The position numbers and the translations under genes were made by a program. Below are positions 10,277 through 21,400 of a DNA stretch of 64,000 bases, piece by piece (the first letter of the stretch is position 1; each line of letters starts with the position of its first letter). A model generated the notes under the pieces. That model was not told the DNA's origin. It did no database searches and saw nothing but the letters and a program-made list of their open reading frames with translations. This stretch comes from Lytechinus pictus (lineage: Eukaryota), in NCBI RefSeq assembly GCF_037042905.1, contig NC_087252.1:14634001-14698000 (forward strand), written 5' to 3'.

Positions 10277-11790
10277 ATGGCGGCTAGTCTAGTAAACACA
10301 CGTGAACGATACCCACCATCTACATATTTCAACGGTCTTGACGAGGCTTCAAAAGCGAGATATGAAGAGAAAATATATTTCATCGGTGGTGTCGACCCTT
10401 ACTCACTTCCAAAGAGAAGCTGGAGTGAAGATCCTGACAGTTTCCCAGCAATTTCGTACGCTGATATTTTCAATTTTGTGTTGTTCTCGCCAAGCCCAAA
10501 CACACTCGAAGATATACAATCGTATAAAAGCTTGGAAGCGTACAACCAGTCTGTAAACGGGGGGGAGGGGGGGGGGGTGAGGGACGTTTCTACTCCAAAC
10601 ACGGTAAAGCAGCTGATTATTGTGTATGGACGGGTAAGAAATATTTATTTTTACTTCAATTAATGAGAAATGATTATGAATATGAATCATATAATGATTT
10701 CAATCAAGCTTCAAGCATCAAAATTTCTTTGCGGCGTACACAGCCATGCCAGCCGTGGCCGCTGCCCGCTTCGCATTCGGTTCCAGTGCAGTGGCAGCGC
10801 ACTGGAACCGATAGGCGTAATTACAAGAAGTTTGTGTGTGTTTGGCAAACTTTGAATCTTGAAAGAGAGGAAATTCCTACACAGGCAGTGTGACACCAAA
10901 AATTACAATTATCACACAGAAGTGCTGCCTGCTGGATCATTATTTCTAACAACATCCTCTCTGGCTAGTCTGAGCCTGACCCAAGATATCGGGTGAATGA
11001 ATGTGAAAGTGAGAGAGAAGATCTGCTGGATTCAGTGAATTGCTTTTTTAAAATGTACTGAGTATGACTGATGATTTTAAATTTGATGTTGATCGAGGCG
11101 ATGGGCAAATATCTGTGATACCCCATCTAAGTGCATGTAGAATGTGTAGTACATATACAGTATGTAATGTACCAGTACAAATTCTTTCTAGAAAATTATT
11201 CAACTTGTAGCCTTACATGTAGTACAATCCAAGCACACCATATGATTGTTTCAATTTTAAGTCATGCTAATGTACATTGTCTCATTTTGTCTGTTTATTT
11301 ATATCCAAGTGATGCATTATCAGCGGTTGCGTGAAACGCCACTGAAACCGTGGATCGTTGCTGAGAAAGATGGGAAGGTGGTAGCAGCCCACTGTGACTG
11401 CATGGCGGGTCAGGGTGAAACCTGTACACATGTATGTGCCGTCTTGTTTTACCTGGAAACGAAGGTGAGAATCAGGGACTCCAAAACTGTGACACAGGAG
11501 GCAGCATATTGGAAAATGCCAAGTGCAAGGAGAGAAGTACAGTACATGCCTGTCCATAAGATTGATTTCACATCAGCACAATCACAAAAATGTAAATTGG
11601 ATGATCTTGTGCATGATAGTCAGGTGAGAAGCCCAAGTCACTGCCATACTGTACAACCTGCAGCTCCACAACCAACAGTCAACAAAATAAATGACTTGTT
11701 TACTGCACTGAACACATGTGGTAAAAAATCTGTGGTTTTGAGTGCGTTGCCTGGTCACTGCCAGGCATTCAAGCCTGCTGATAGTGCCTT
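10277..11790 (+). pseudogene. SWIM zinc-finger accessory gene of the transposon (exons 10277-10633 and 11309-~11790), 3'-truncated
   Basis: RYEEKI...DPY...YKSLEAYN exon ends CGG|gtaaga; exon 2 VMHYQRLRETPLKPW...AHCDCMAGQGETCTHVCAVLF (SWIM CxC...CxH); acceptor reads caa instead of cag. Confidence 0.8.
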
Positions 11791-11927
11791 CACTTTCCTC
11801 GCCTATCCTTCGAGAGTTCAAAGGTTTCCTCTCCTTCTCTTGTCACAATAGCTGGCAAACGGAAAAAGGACTTTTTGTCTCTGTTAGCCCTATTTCCACA
11901 TTTGTACATAGCACAAAAGTTTGGCAT
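11790..11927 (-). pseudogene. N-terminal THAP domain fragment of the transposase
   Basis: MPNFCAMYKCGNRANRDKKSFFRLP...RRGK then TGA where the conserved THAP Trp is expected. Confidence 0.8.
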
Positions 11928-12130
11928 GATGAATTTCGATGTTGATAAAAATACAAGCTCGAAGTACCAGTGAGTACGATATTGTGTACATCGCGCTGTT
12001 GCATAACGCATCATAGCTAGCTAGGGTCATCGACCGGGCATTTGTACTCCCAAGATGGACGCCCGTCGCACAGTGACGTCACACAGGAACCCTCTATTGT
12101 AAATTGAACTTTCCTATTGTAAGCATTTAA

Positions 12131-12916
12131 CCCTCAATCTCCCGGGGTATTTTGATTCTTGTCATTCCCGGGGGGGGGGGGGGGGGGGCCATTATGGCCC
12201 CCCTTAAGATCTCAGCCGTGGATTGCGCGATCACAACGAAAATTTGCATGATGGTAGAGAATGACGTAATCTATGCAGTTGCATTGGTAAATTTCACTGA
12301 ATTCATATATTTTTATTTTATATGAATTAATTATGCTAATTTATTCATGAAATCATACTTATTGCTCTGATTCACTAAATAAAGCTCCTAGAATGCTATT
12401 TTTTGGTGAAAATATTCTTTATAGCATTCCTAACAATTGTGAATGAAAAAAGTTCTGGTACCAAGACCGATTTCTTATGTATTTTATTGTTTTTTTTAAT
12501 TTCTTATGTATTTCTTAGTTTTTTTACTTTTTGTTTTTTATTGTTTTTTCGATGGAAATCGTTCCAGACTTAATTCTAATCATAAACAAGACAAAATTAA
12601 TTAAGTTTAATCATTAAAAGTAGAAATAATGATACATTTATGAATTTTGGCCAAATACACAATTTGCATTGGATTTGTACATGAAATCACGTTTATGAGC
12701 AATTTTGGGTCTGACATGCACTTACATAATGTTGCGTAATGTCGTAACCGCGTACCCGGGCGTCACAAATTTGGTCTCAAAATTTGCGCGAGACTTGAAA
12801 GTAAAAAGTCAGAGAGCAGCGAGGTCAAAAAATTTTGCGCTGCAGATATATCGCGAAAATTGTCGAGGGGGGGGCAATAATGGCCCCCCCCCCCCCCCCC
12901 CCCGGGAGAATTAGGG
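12131..12916. mobile_element. Non-autonomous piggyBac-type MITE
   Basis: TTAA on both sides (12127-12130, 12917-12920); TIR ccctcaatctcccggg / cccgggagaattaggg. Confidence 0.85.
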
Positions 12917-13292
12917 TTAATATTGAACTTTGAGGAGTGTGCAGGTGTTGCACTGAATGAATGGGAAAAAGGTAGACACATGGGAGACATATCTGTCATC
13001 AAGAGGGCAAGTGAGAGATTCATCCAAGGCAAAAGATTTTGCCATCATTAAATATAAAGTCGTGGTTGAGGAACAGAACTTCACTGTGTACAAACCTAGG
13101 AACCCAAACTCAGTCAGGATTACCAAACCCAACTTGGTTTCTGTTGCGGATGAGAACAATGTCGCTACTGGACCAAGCTTGATGGTTTGGAACACAGCCA
13201 CAAAAATTATGAACAAGTGGAATGCCTCTGGCGGTTTCACCTGCATCACACGTTTCAATATAGTAGCAGTGCTGACTTTGAAAACTACTATA

Positions 13293-14116
13293 ACTCGCAC
13301 AAGATGTTCAGTGATACTTGGTTACTCTTATGTCCACGTTTTATGAACTAGACAAATACACTTACAGAGATATGATGGTATTTCAACAAATACCACCAAC
13401 ATGGCCAAAGTTCATTGACCTTACATGACCTTTGACCTTGATCATGTGACCTGAAACTCGCACAGGATGTTCAGTGATAGTTGATTACTCTTATGTCCAA
13501 GTTTCATGAATCAGATCCATAAACTTTCAAAGTTATGATGGTAATTCAACAGATATCCCCATTATGGCCAAAGTTCATTGACCTTTGACCTTGGTCATGT
13601 GACCTGAAATGCCCACAGGATGTTCAGTGATACTTGATTACTCTTATGTCCAAGTTTAATAAACTAGAGCAATATACTTTCAAAGTTATGATGGTAATTC
13701 AACAAATACCCCCAATTTGGCCAAAGTTCATTGACCCTAAATGACCTTTGACCTTAATCATGTGACCTGAAACTTGCACAGGATGTTCAGTGATACTTGA
13801 TTACTATTATGTTCAAGTTTCAGGTATCAAATCCATAAACTGTCAAAGTTATGATGGTAATTCAACAGATACCCCCAATTTGGCCAAAGTTCATTGACCC
13901 TAAATGACCTTTGATCTTGTGACGTGAAAATCAGGCAGGATATTCAGTAATACTTGATTAACCTTATGGCCATGTTTCATGAACTAGGTCCATATACTTT
14001 CTAAGTTATATTGTCATTTCAAAAACTTAACCTTTGGTTAAGATTTGGTGTTGACGCCGCCGCCGTCGGAAAAGCGGCGCCTATAGTCTCATTCTGCTAT
14101 GCAGGTGAGACAAAAA
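13293..14116 (+). mobile_element. Helentron/HINE-like element with an internal array of ~160-bp units (about 5), 5'-truncated
   Basis: Unit marker cacaggatgttcagtgata at 13298, 13461, 13614, 13777, ~13934; (cgc)n, terminal hairpin gtctca...tgagac and A run. Confidence 0.7.
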
Positions 14117-15388
14117 TAAAGAGAAGTGTCCACGTTGACTGCTGGTGGAGAACGCACTCCTTTGGCCTTTTAAAACCCAATAATAGATGAGAAGTTTAAT
14201 AGGTCTTGAAAGAGAGTGAATAGTTTTGGAGATTCTCAAAAATGCGTTTGTCATCACTTTACTTCATTTATGCATTACATGATTGTGTTTGCCCTGAAAA
14301 TGATATGACGTGAAGTAAATGGACAGAAATTGTGTTTTGATGGTGAAATTAATCAATTTTATTTAAGTACGGGTATCCCGGTAGCGTTTCTTTCTTTGGC
14401 TCGGCGGTTTGTTTTTTAAATCTTGTGTAGCTCCCTCTACAATAGAAAGTCAAACATTTGTTTTGGTTTGCGTCGCACCACGATGGTGTTCGTGCGCCTA
14501 TGTAAGATAGTGCATGTTTAATGTTTATTGTTACTGAGTCATTCTGGACTTTTACTCACCCCTTTACCCATGAAGTATTCATCTCTAACTGTTCGGTCCA
14601 CATTGTTTCCAAAGATGTATGTTATTTTTCGTCAAGTGCATAGTTGCTGCAGCACGGTCAGCATCTACTGGTACGTGTAGCTGGCCCAGCCAGGCCGGCG
14701 ATCGATCGAGCGCTAGGCCGCAACCAACACAAGCGCTGTAATTTACAATTAACTGAAGCTGAAGGCAAGAGGTTCGTAACGTATACATATCGCACAATAA
14801 TTCAAGTAAAATTTTATACATCTAATCAAGAGGATACCAGTATGGGAGACGAGGAAGGAGGGGACCGAAGGGTGCTTCTCCAGGTACAAGAAAAAGAGAA
14901 TCAAGCAAGTTATACGAACTGTCGAGATCGAAGAGGGGGACTATAAGAGTGCACAGTGAGATATTTGATCGGTGGAGCGAGCTTCGGGGGGCTCGAGGAC
15001 TCACAAATGATCAATTTCTGTCCTTGCTCGACATGTGAGTAGAATATTTTATCGAATCATTCTATCTTTTCTTTACAGCCTTTTCATTTTCTGCCTATAA
15101 GAATTTAATTGATATAACTTTAGGTTCTACCTTGTAATTGATAACTTCCGCCAGTCACCTGCATGCACTTCATCTCGGGCGGAGTGCAAGGCAGAGGGTC
15201 TCGTTTCATAGTACACTCTGCCCAGCAAGAAGGGAAAAATACAGGGTATATCAGTATAACTCGCACCTTTATAGAGACCTAGGAAATGGCCAACTATGTA
15301 CGGACAAACGATCCCGAACAGAACTGTCTTAGATACTGAACATGTAGCTGGAGGTGTGAAGGAGTTCCCTGTGGTAACACCAAACCTA

Positions 15389-15658
15389 GGGCCCCGTCTT
15401 ACAAAGAGTTGCGATCGATCCGATCAATCGCAACTATGGAAGGCCAGCAATGTCAACATGTATTTATGCATGTTTCTTCAAAATATTTTCTAGCTATGAT
15501 GTATATTCATGCATTGTTTTCTTTAAGAATTCACTGTGCTTCTCTTTGTTTACAAAAGACATTGCGCTAATTTCCTGTGGAAAAATTTATGATACTGATG
15601 GATTTCCATAGAGTTACGATTGATTGGATCAATCGTAACTCTTTTTAAGACAGGGCCT
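15389..15658. mobile_element. MITE, probably Harbinger-like
   Basis: About 47-bp imperfect TIR gggccccgtcttacaaagagttgcgatcgatcc...; a decayed relative starts near 15758. Confidence 0.7.
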
Positions 15659-16229
15659 TGATCACAAACTGATAAATGCCACAGACGCAGCCACCAACCT
15701 AGGGTCTTTCTTTAAAGAGAAAAAAAATCAGATGTAAAATTGCCAGGACCTAAACCTGGGACCTGTCTCACAAAACGTTGTGATTGATCCAATCAACCTC
15801 AACTATGGATATCCACTGTCATAATTATTTTCCCCTACATAAAATTGGTACAATATCCTTTGTAAACAAACCGGACGAACATACTGAACTGCCAATAAAA
15901 CAATTAATGTATTTGTATACATCGTAATCTGATATTTTGACAAGCATGCATTTCAGGGATCCAGGGGGAGGCACAACCCATAAAATCTGAATAAGAATGC
16001 CTTAGAATTTTGCATCCGTAAAATAAGCAATGACATTTTGTTTCAGACAAATTCACACCCCGTAAAAGTCAGACTCTGGATCCACACCTGCATTTTAGAT
16101 GTTGGCTTTACTTGCTCTCAAAAAATAAATTCTGTTCAAAGCACCATGTAGTTGTTAGGCCTGGGACAAATATCTTTTTTGCCATTCGTTTGTTTGCCAT
16201 GGTAAATAATTGAATCATTCAAACACTAA

Positions 16230-16713
16230 TATGCTTTTCACACTGCATTTCCTTAACCCCATACTATCCTTAACCCCGGACTATCCTTAACCCCATACTA
16301 TCTTTTTTTCGATTCACACTGTCTTTCTTAACCCCATACTATCTGCTCAACCGTGGTTAATGCCCTAACCCCAGACTATCCCTCAGCTCATGAATATTGA
16401 TGATGTTACCATACAGAGCATGATTAATGTGCAATTCGAATTCTGTGATTGGCTAATGCTTAGCCCCGTTTCGTTTTCACACTGCATCTCTTAGCACCGC
16501 AATTGTGGTGCTAGCACCACAATAAGCCGGCTAACCCTGCTTTTTTGCAGGGCCAGATCGTACCGTACTATTTACCAAGCTAGCCCACTTTGCTAAAACG
16601 TAGTGTGAAAACGAAGTGGGCTAAGCTTAACCCCGGGAAATTGGTGGGGCTAAGACCCCCCCCCCCCCCCAGCCCCACCAATTTAGGACAAAAAGTGCAG
16701 TGTGAAAAGCATA
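16230..16713. mobile_element. PIF/Harbinger MITE
   Basis: TIR tatgcttttcacactgca / tgcagtgtgaaaagcata, TAA duplication, internal ttaacccc repeats. Confidence 0.85.
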
Positions 16714-18454
16714 TAAGTTTCCTAGATTTTAGGAAATCAAAAAAAAAAATTACCTTTAATTTGCATGACCTACACATAATGAGCAAGCTGATTTAGTGAA
16801 GTGTACCAGTGTGGCGCCTATGACATGCACATCGACAGAGCTGAATGATGCACTATCATTGGCACGGCACTCTTGTCAATTCTTGAAAAAGTTACAATGC
16901 TTGAAATTAATTAATTTTCAGTGGAAATTTCATTTGTTATCTTCCCCTATGCTGTCAAATATCAGAGAATATAGCCATGTACTTTTGATAATTACTGGTC
17001 ACAACTCAGTAATCAATATCTGGCAAACATTTGATCAAAGTAAAAAGTAGTATTTGGTTGCTGATTGTGGTAAAACTGCTCGAATGCATTAATGGTTTGA
17101 GTCTTACTCCCAGGCCTAACCTAGTAATTGTGCTCTCCTTAACCATGCAACCACAAGTGATTCAGTACATTGCTTTAACATTACAGGCTTGATGATATCG
17201 TATAACCTGTTGAATACTGAATTCTGTAATTCCCATAGGCTTCAGGCATGAACCACCTGGTTCCAGTACGCAATGGGTTAACCTATCGACTACTGATATC
17301 TCTACGTCCTCTAAGCTTTGGACCAAGACAACCTTGTCCCAGTAGAAAATGAGTGAACATGTGAACAACTTTTAATTCTGTAATTCCCATAAAATTAGTA
17401 CAGGTACCATTTGCTTCCAGTAGGAAATGGGTTACAGCTGCCTGCTTTTACTGATGGCTGTAGCTTGAGTGTAGCAATCCATCCTCTTCCATCAGCAGAA
17501 AATTTCTTTTCATCTGAAGTCGCTTGTTCCGATCATCCATATAATCTTCCTTAACCTCTTGTGACTGTATTTATGCATATAAAATATGAATAAAACAAAA
17601 GAAATTATCATCTGTGATGAGCAAGATGTGAAGGGTATAACTGTGTAAGGAAATATGTCAAAAGCTTGTGCCTTGTCTTGAAGCACGAATTCCACCATAA
17701 CTGTCCATTTGTCTTTTTATTACCGCTTTCCCGTATTCTCCATTATGATAAAATCATAACCGCAAAAAATAAATAAATAAAAAAACCAACCAAATAGAGC
17801 AAAATGGAAAATTGAGAAATCCTGCTTCGTACTAGTATTTTCATAACTCTACTTGGTTGATCAAGGTTTGGAAATATAGGCTTAAACTTGTTTCATAATT
17901 AATAGCCTTTGGCGACATTGCATTCACCGATCTGGAGAAATTTGCACCAGTGGACCACCCGGTTACTTTTTTAAGGAATGACTCGAGAGTAAGAGTCCTT
18001 CGTTTTGACTATGAACTCACCCATTTATTTCCAATTAGTCTAATGCCAATTTGTCCAATTAGTCTAATGCCAATTTGTCCAATTACCAAATTGTCTACTA
18101 TCATTTGGTCTACCATCGACATGATCTAATTGCCATTTTGTCCACTCACCATTTCATCTGACCAGTTGGTCCAATTGCCATTTAGTAAATTTTCCATTTG
18201 GTCTAATTGGACTAAATGCTAATTGGACGAAATGTATAATATAAAATGGATACTAGATCAACTATAAATGGAGTAAATGGTCATAGACAAACTGGTAATT
18301 AGACAAAGTGTTGATTGGAACGAATGGGTATTAAACCAAATGGCTGTTAGACAAAATGTTGAAGGATGGAATGGTAATAGACTAAATGAAGTTAGACCAT
18401 GTGATGAGTGGACAAATTGGGAATACCAACTCACCTTGACATAAAAGTTAGAAT

Positions 18455-21400
18455 TCAACTTCCTTGACACTGAAACAGTTCTGAACCTCCTATACCAAAG
18501 CTTATGATATCTGGTACCCTGTAAACCAAACAATTATCCCACCAATAAAGAGCTTTGTATTCATCAATCACATGAAAGGGTTACTCCAGGATGAAAATGA
18601 TAATATTTGAAATGATGAAGTAAAATCAGACAAAAACAACACTGTGAATTTCAGTATGTAAATTGAAAGGAAAACAAAGTTATAACATTTTTCAAACCAT
18701 CCAATTCAGAAGTCATTGATATAGCACATTTTCCTTTCAGTTACAAAGCACTGCACATGCAATCCATGTTTGGGATTATTCAACACCACCGAATGATCAG
18801 CTTAGTCCACGAAATCCACTGTCCTCTAATAGCAAAATAGATGGCTTTCTTGAACTGGTCAACAGAGGAGGATACAAATTGCTGCTATTATTACCCCAGC
18901 ATTAGCTGTGTTGCCTATATAAGCGCTCAAGCATTTGAGGAATGTCTTCCTGCTACCCATTCACCTCACCTGGGTTGAGTGCAGCACAATGTGGGTAAAT
19001 TTCTTGCTGAAGGAAAGCACACCATGGCTGGGAATTGAACCCACGTCCCTCCGATTGAGAGAAGACCATGATGCCCCCATTTACATTTACAGTGATACAC
19101 GTTAAGAATTTTATAGTATAAACTGATAACAAACATGTACTAACTTCCTTACGCCATGCCCATGATATGACCATCGCTTACCGAGTTCGAGGTGGACGGC
19201 AAATTCTGTTCTTCTGGGCGCCAGAATCTACATCTCTGCTTTCTTCAAGGCCTCCAGACACATCAACCAGTCTTGAGTGTTGCCTACATGTAAATCACAA
19301 CAAGAAATCAGTCCTGCATACAGTATTAGTTTAGTTTGACAAGTTTCATGAGTGTCGTGTGAGAATAAAAGCAGAAGATATTACAAGAGGGCATGGGAGT
19401 GGGTCAACGGGAAAGGGGGTAGACAATGCAATTGGGTTTGATGTGATAAAAATTGGACACTTGATTGTAAAAAGAAGTTAAACAGTTAAAACCAACAGGA
19501 CAGAAATCACAGCAGCTGAGTAACTCACTAATCAACCCTCGTACATATGACCTGCCAACCCCATACCAATAAGTTGCCCAGAATTTTGAGAATTTTAATT
19601 GAGAACAAAATAGCAAATCCTAAACTTTTAAAATGATACCTTACTTGTATACTGTCCAAGGACAACCCATTTAAGTACCCGATTGCATGTAGATGACATT
19701 CTGTGTGAGCTTCAAAAAATAAAGAGAAAAAAAAAGGTCTTAATTTTAGGGTTCACTCAAGCATGACATGTGCATACTGCAAGCAAGGTAAAACATATAA
19801 GCAGTCCAGCAAAAATGGTGTCAAAGAAAACCTTTTCTTTTATCTAATGTTTCTACTTCAAATGTTGACAGTAGGAAGAAGAAGAAATACGCCTTCAGAT
19901 AAGCTGATTTTCTTAATTTTTACCTTTGAATACCAAATACTGTTTAGACTATTTACAAAGAAACTTCTCTGTCCACTTATTGTTGGTTATGGTGTGGGAA
20001 GTCACATACTATATTTCACATTTCACAATGCTTGAAGGCAAAGACTATTATTAATAAGTAATAAAGGCTACATGTATGTCACAGCGTTCCGTGCAAGCCT
20101 TGCGTACAACTATTTTTGCTACCCACAGGTCGCCTGCGTTGAAAGCATCTTGCATGCATCTCACACGCAGTTGCTGGCAGAAGTGCATGCAAGTCTGATT
20201 TGCACACAGAAAAGTTTTGAACATGCTCAAAACTTTGTTGCGGGTGAGTTGCACCGAACGATGTGACAGGTTCTTAAGATTGTTACCTCCTATCAAAAGA
20301 GAAGCTTGCTGGGTATCCATGGCAACTGGTCAGATGACCTATCCTGTCCCGTGCATCCATGAAACGATAGTTGCATTTTTCCTCAAGGCAGCGGTACTGG
20401 GAGTAATGTGAATGGTGAAAATGTAATATTAATGGTTCTGTGCCATTAAAAGCCAAGATTGCTATGGATGCATAGTGCTAAATATCACTCAATGTAACAA
20501 TTTAAAAAATTCAAATACATGTATGTTTCTTAGATTTTTAAACATCTTTTAAGGTTTTTTTCCAACTTGCTATTAAAGCTCCATCCCTATAAAAGAGTTC
20601 AGATCTCATTCCCTTGGGTATTGCCCTATCACTGATTCAATTTTATATAACCTATGTACGTGTAATATTACAAATTAGAAAGTCAAAAGGGGCCTAAGCT
20701 TTCGATCCTAGCAGAATCTTCGTCGGAGGCAAAATGACGGAAAGTCATCCATCACTGTGGAGAGAGATATGATGGAAAAACATTTTGCCTCCGACAAAGA
20801 TTCTGCTAGGATCGAAAGCTTAGGCCCCTTTTGACTTTCTAATTTACTCCATTGGCTCTCTTTTATTAGATAAGCAGTTTTCAGCAGCTTCTTTTTGCCA
20901 TTAATATTACAAATGTCTTGTACTGCATTTTTAGGTATTAAGAACTGATGACTTTTGTAACTACATGTACCACTCATCATAATAAAAAGTTAACAATTTA
21001 TGTTCATAAACATACCATTGGTTGCTGTTGTGAAAGCAGTGAGAAAAAGCTGTCGTGATTTTCCGTGAGGTGGATTTCCAGTAGGTGGTTTGTTGGATAG
21101 AATCGCTGACAGTAACGACATATGAAGCGGTGACAAACATTATAGTGGTCTTCGTAATCCTCTACGCTTGCGAAAGACTGGCTACAACCATGCACGTGGC
21201 ATTCACATCCATCACTGTGGAGAGAGATATATACATTGAATAGAAGACAAAAATAATGAAAAAAACACATTTTAATAAATGCAACATGTTTCAAGGTTCA
21301 CGCCTCATCTTCATCCTAAAATCATAAACAGAGTCATTGGTATTCATACATTTTGGATCAGGAAAAATTAACAAGAATACAAAGGTATGCGGAACAGGGT

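Larger units (their letters stand above)
10201..12095. mobile_element. ISL2EU-type (PIF/Harbinger-related) DNA transposon, internally deleted
   Basis: TIR AGAGGGTTCC/GGAACCCTCT, AT duplication (10199-10200, 12096-12097), subterminal gccatgttggaggacaa / ttgtactcccaagatggac; convergent SWIM and THAP ORFs. Confidence 0.8.
8580..13290 (+). pseudogene. Decayed DDE-type DNA transposase relic, partly duplicated and split by two later insertions
   Basis: Fragments CYELISRGVGSKHVSDIIRLVL, FEVQTES, KIQDR, YCKHLILNFEECAGVALNEWEK (restored by removing the TTAA insert), TRFNI; 8580-8890 recurs diverged at about 9440-9700; many stops and frameshifts. Confidence 0.45.

Noticed and set aside
13293..14000. 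Regular repeats that might suggest a CRISPR array (also 23590-24200)
   Set aside because: Whole ~160-bp units repeat with no unique spacers, there are no cas genes, and the context is eukaryotic
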